A DNA stretch of 64,000 nucleotides from NCBI GenBank assembly GCA_963709585.1, contig CAVPXI010000004.1, positions 192,001 to 256,000 on the forward strand, read 5' to 3'. Source of the DNA: Candidatus Dormiibacterota bacterium. GTDB lineage: Bacteria > Chloroflexota > Dormibacteria > Aeolococcales > Aeolococcaceae. Of this stretch, positions 60,658-64,000 are shown piece after piece. Positions within the stretch are counted from its first letter, which is position 1, and each line of letters starts with the position of its first letter. The notes beneath the pieces are model-generated. The model was not told the DNA's origin. It searched no databases and saw nothing but the letters and a program-made list of their open reading frames with translations. The translations under genes and the position numbers were made by a program.

Positions 60658-61779
60658 GTGAGCACCGAGGTGCTCGACGAGCGGTCGCGCCACGTCGCCC
60701 TGGTTCGCGCCCAGGCGGCGCTCATCGCCGATTCGTCGCGAGCTGTGCGCCGGCTGGTGGTGAGCCCCGGGGCGAAGCTCATGTCGTCGCCGCGCAAACG
60801 GCGTCACGCGCGCCGCGGCCCGGCGCCGCCGCCACCCGTGGTCCCGCGGCACACCTCCTGGAGACGGCGGCTGATCGCGGCCGCGGCGCTCACGGTGCAG
60901 GTCGGCCTCCTGGCACTGGCGCTGACGCTCCCGGGGTTCCAGGTGCGGCGGGTGACCGTGGTTGGCACCCACCTGCTCACCACCGGCGCCGTGGTCGCCG
61001 CGGCCGAGGTACCCGAGCAGAGCATCTTCACGATCAACGGAGCGGCGATCCAGGGACGCGTGCAGTCGCTGCCCTGGGTCGCGAGCGCGATGGTCACCAC
61101 CGAGCTGCCCGCCACCGTGGAGATCTCGGTCGTCGAACGCGCGCCGATGCTCCGCATCCGTCGTGACGGCACCGACACGCTGGTCGCCTCGGACGGAGCC
61201 ACGCTTCCCGGAATCGATGCGACCCCGGCGGCGCGAAGCGGCATCCCGGTGCTGATCGATGACCGCGCCGGGTCCGAGCAACCGATCGACCCCCTGCTGG
61301 TCCAGCTGCTCGGCTCCATCGCTCAACGCTTCCCGGCGGTGTTCGGCTGCTCGGTTGCCGCGTACCTCTGGGGGGCCGACGACGTGGTCAGCCTCTGGAC
61401 GAGCACCGGATGGCGCGCGGTGCTGGGCCACCTCGACACCGAGGACTCCATGCGCGCTCTCCCGGCGCAGATCGAGACCCTCGCCGCGCTCAAGGGCCGG
61501 CTCGACTTCGTCAAGCCCACCTTCGGCTACGTCGACGTCGAGGCCCCCGCCTACCCGGTCAGCGGCGGCCACCCGGGCCTCCCGGCCGAGGTGACCGCAG
61601 CGCTCCTTCCGATCGCACCCACGATCCAGCCGCCGCCGGCGGCGTCCGCCGTGGCTCCGCCCACCGCGCCGCCGACCCCCCGTCCAACCCCGACCCAGTC
61701 GACGTCGCCGAGTGTCAGCCCGGCGTCCGGGATCACGTTGATCACCCCACCGGCGAGCACGCCGGCGGCGCCACCCTGA
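60658..61779 (+). CDS. ftsQ: FtsQ/DivIB-like POTRA protein with Pro/Thr-rich tail (start 60658 or 60781)
   Basis: Basic N-terminus, TM, FQVRRVTVVGT, LPWV..A.V...LPATVEISVVER.P, YVDV. Confidence 0.82.
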   Translation: MSTEVLDERSRHVALVRAQAALIADSSRAVRRLVVSPGAKLMSSPRKRRHARRGPAPPPPVVPRHTSWRRRLIAAAALTVQVGLLALALTLPGFQVRRVTVVGTHLLTTGAVVAAAEVPEQSIFTINGAAIQGRVQSLPWVASAMVTTELPATVEISVVERAPMLRIRRDGTDTLVASDGATLPGIDATPAARSGIPVLIDDRAGSEQPIDPLLVQLLGSIAQRFPAVFGCSVAAYLWGADDVVSLWTSTGWRAVLGHLDTEDSMRALPAQIETLAALKGRLDFVKPTFGYVDVEAPAYPVSGGHPGLPAEVTAALLPIAPTIQPPPAASAVAPPTAPPTPRPTPTQSTSPSVSPASGITLITPPASTPAAPP

Positions 61780-61792
61780 CCGAATAACGGTC

Positions 61793-62683
61793 CTAGCGGA
61801 CGCGGTCCCAGGGGCGCGCCGCCCGCAACGCGGAGAGGATCGCGCGCGTCGCCGGCGAGCGATTCATCGTGTAGAAATGCACACCGGGTGCACCCCCGGC
61901 GAGCAACTCGGCGCATTGGAGCGTCGCCCACGCCACCCCCAGCTGCAGCACCGCCTCGGGGTCGTCCTCGCGTGAGCGCAACGCCTCGAGGAGCGCCTCC
62001 GGGATGGTGGCGCCGATCTTCAACGTGAAACGGCGGATCTGGCCGACGTTGGTGACCGGCATGATGCCCGGGATGATCGGCACGGTCACTCCGGCCGCAC
62101 GCGCCCTCGGCACGAAATCGAAGTACGCCCGGTTGTCGAAGAAGAGATTCGTGATCAGGTAGCTGGCGCCCGCGTCCTGCTTGCGCCTCGCGGAGCGGAT
62201 GTCCTCGTCGGTGTCCACCAACTCCGGGTGCTTCTCGGGGTAGCAGGCGCCGCCGACGCAGAACCCGTATCGCGCGATGATCAACTCCATCAGCTCGCTA
62301 CCGTGCGCGAGCCCACCCGCAGGGGCGACAAAGCGCTCGACGCCCTCCGGGGGATCGCCGCGCAGCGCGAGCACGTTGTCGATCCCCGCGTCGCGCAGCC
62401 CGTCGAGGATGCCCTGGAGGTCGTCGACGGTCGCGTCGACGCAGGTGAGGTGCGCGACCGGCTCGATGTCGAGCTCTCGACGGATGCGGGTCACGAGGTC
62501 GACGGTGCGCGTGCGCACCGAGCCCCCGGCGCCATACGTCACCGACACGAAGGTCGGCTCCAGCTCGCGCAGGTGTGAGATCGCCTCGAAGAGCTGGCGC
62601 ACGCCGTCGTCGGTCTTCGGAGGAAAGAACTCGAACGAGAACAGGGGCTGCCGGCGGTCTTCGAGGACGGTGTCGAGACGCAT
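61793..62683 (-). CDS. metF: Methylenetetrahydrofolate reductase
   Basis: SFEFFPPK, SVTYGAGG, AHLTC, LALRGD, CYPEKH, PGIMP, HFYTMN. Confidence 0.96.
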   Translation of the reverse strand: MRLDTVLEDRRQPLFSFEFFPPKTDDGVRQLFEAISHLRELEPTFVSVTYGAGGSVRTRTVDLVTRIRRELDIEPVAHLTCVDATVDDLQGILDGLRDAGIDNVLALRGDPPEGVERFVAPAGGLAHGSELMELIIARYGFCVGGACYPEKHPELVDTDEDIRSARRKQDAGASYLITNLFFDNRAYFDFVPRARAAGVTVPIIPGIMPVTNVGQIRRFTLKIGATIPEALLEALRSREDDPEAVLQLGVAWATLQCAELLAGGAPGVHFYTMNRSPATRAILSALRAARPWDRVR

Positions 62684-62710
62684 GGTGACCACCATGCTAC
62701 GGTCCGCGAA

Positions 62711-63753
62711 ATGCTTGCGGTGTACGCGTCGGCGGTCGGCGGCGATGACCCGCTGGCCAACCTCGCCGTCGGCGAGCTGTCCGCACCCGTGCCGCAGGCC
62801 GGTTGGGCCCGGGTCAAGGTGCGCGTCGCATCCCTGAACCACCACGACATCTGGACCCTTCGCGGAGTGTCCTCGTCCGAGGTGACCCCGCCGCAGATCC
62901 TCGGCTGCGACGCTGCCGGCGAGGTCGACGGGTACGGCGGCGAGCCACCACTGGGCGCGCCGGCGTTGGGGGCGAGGGTCGTCGTCTACCCGATCGTCAC
63001 CTGCGGGCAGTGCCCGGCCTGCCTCGCCGACGAGCCGCTGGGCTGCCGGTCCTTCCGCATGCTCAGCGAGGCACCACTCGGCGGTGCGCTCGCCGAGTAC
63101 GTCGAGATCCCGGTCGCGAATCTCGTCGCGCTGCCCGACCAGGTCAGCTTCGCCGACGCAGCATGCCTGCCGACCGCCTACCTGACCGCGTATCGAGCGC
63201 TCTTCGTTCGCGCCGGACTGCGGCCCGGGATGAGCGTGCTCGTGCAGGGGGCAAGTGGCGGCGTCGCAACAGCGTGCATCCTGCTCGGACGGCTCGCGGG
63301 CATCACTGTCTATGCGACGTCGCGCGATGAGGCGAAACGGGCATTCGCCGTGGACCTCGGCGCCGAGGCGGCGTTCCCGGTGGAGCGCCAGACGGCGCGT
63401 GCGATCGTCGGTGCGACCGGGGGCATCGGCGTGGACGCCGTCGTCGACACCGTCGGCGAGCCGACCTGGGACCTGAGCCTCCGCGCGGTGAAACCGGGAG
63501 GCGTGGTCGTCGTTCCGGGATCGACCGGTGGTCCGAACCCGCCGCGCAGCTCAACCGGATCTTCTTCAGGAGCCTCACCGTCGCGGGAACCACGATGGGA
63601 ACTCGCGGGGAGCTGCGACGCCTGGTCGATCCGAGCGCCACCGGCGCTCTCCGGCCCCTGATCGGGTCGACCCATCCGCTCGGCGACGCCGCACGAGCGT
63701 TTGCCGAGATGGCGAGTGGCGACCTGCGCGGGAAGATCGTTCTCGAGGTGTGA
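62711..63753 (+). CDS. Zn-binding alcohol dehydrogenase / quinone oxidoreductase (MDR); frameshift near 63542
   Basis: SLNHHD, GCDAAG, CGQCPAC, PTAYLTAY, QGASGG. Adding 1 nt continues QLNRIFF..GTTMG..GKIVLEV*. Confidence 0.88.
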
Positions 63754-63964
63754 GCACGCGCGGCGAAGACGCGTCGCGAAGCGTAGACGCCGTGAACGCG
63801 CGGTGTTACGGTTGCCCGGCTTCAGCCGTCCAGTGACCGCGGCGGACGGGGCCTCGTCCAGAAGGTGCAGTGGCGAGGTCCTGTCCGTGTCTCCAGGGTT
63901 GGCTCGAGACGGGTGCTTCGATCTCCGGAGCCTGGGGTTTGACGGGCTCCCGCCTCTCGAGGAC

Positions 63965-63980
63965 AACCAACATGTTGTGG
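63965..63980 (+). promoter_or_regulatory. NrdR box
   Basis: AACCAACATGTTGTGG fits acaCwAtATaTwGtgt; TTGACG -35-like hexamer at 63939-63944. Confidence 0.75.
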
Positions 63981-64000
63981 CATACTGGGGGTGCGAACCC

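Noticed and set aside
61620-61779. Pro/Thr-rich repeats at the ftsQ 3' end as a DNA repeat element
   Set aside because: Low-complexity coding tail with no regular nucleotide period.
62684-62710. SAM or other riboswitch upstream of metF
   Set aside because: Only 27 nt separate the divergent genes, and no aptamer motifs are visible.

Overview
High-GC bacterial chromosomal window. The gene content suggests a Terrabacteria soil lineage such as Ca. Dormibacterota, Chloroflexota or Actinomycetota; this is inference only. It carries a classical menaquinone cluster (menD partial, menC, menA, menB, menE), a Zn/Mn ABC importer, msrA/msrB, recQ, two regulator-plus-ABC exporter cassettes, a thiol-redox operon with a glutaredoxin-TrxB fusion, lon, trpD, rnhA, the RNase P RNA, pepE, an atypical dcw cluster, metF and a terminal NrdR box. 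The dcw cluster has no murE, ftsA or ftsZ in the window, has an Mpl-like MurC, and includes a ddl / alpha-beta-hydrolase / membrane-anchored MurF module. The best candidate for an undescribed system is a divergent locus at 12.5-21.0 kb. Leftward: GNAT, WYL regulator, msrB, recQ. Centre: an 18-bp palindrome with PafBC-like promoter geometry. Rightward: an 83-aa protein with an Hda-like clamp-binding motif, a Cas4-like/RNase H-like/SF1 nuclease-helicase, and a DinB-TPR protein. About ten single-base frameshifts are probably sequencing errors, and six of them are +1 insertions in the same heptamer, TCGACTC. No CRISPR array, tRNA, rRNA or transposase was seen. All calls come from reading motifs by eye; no database searches were run.
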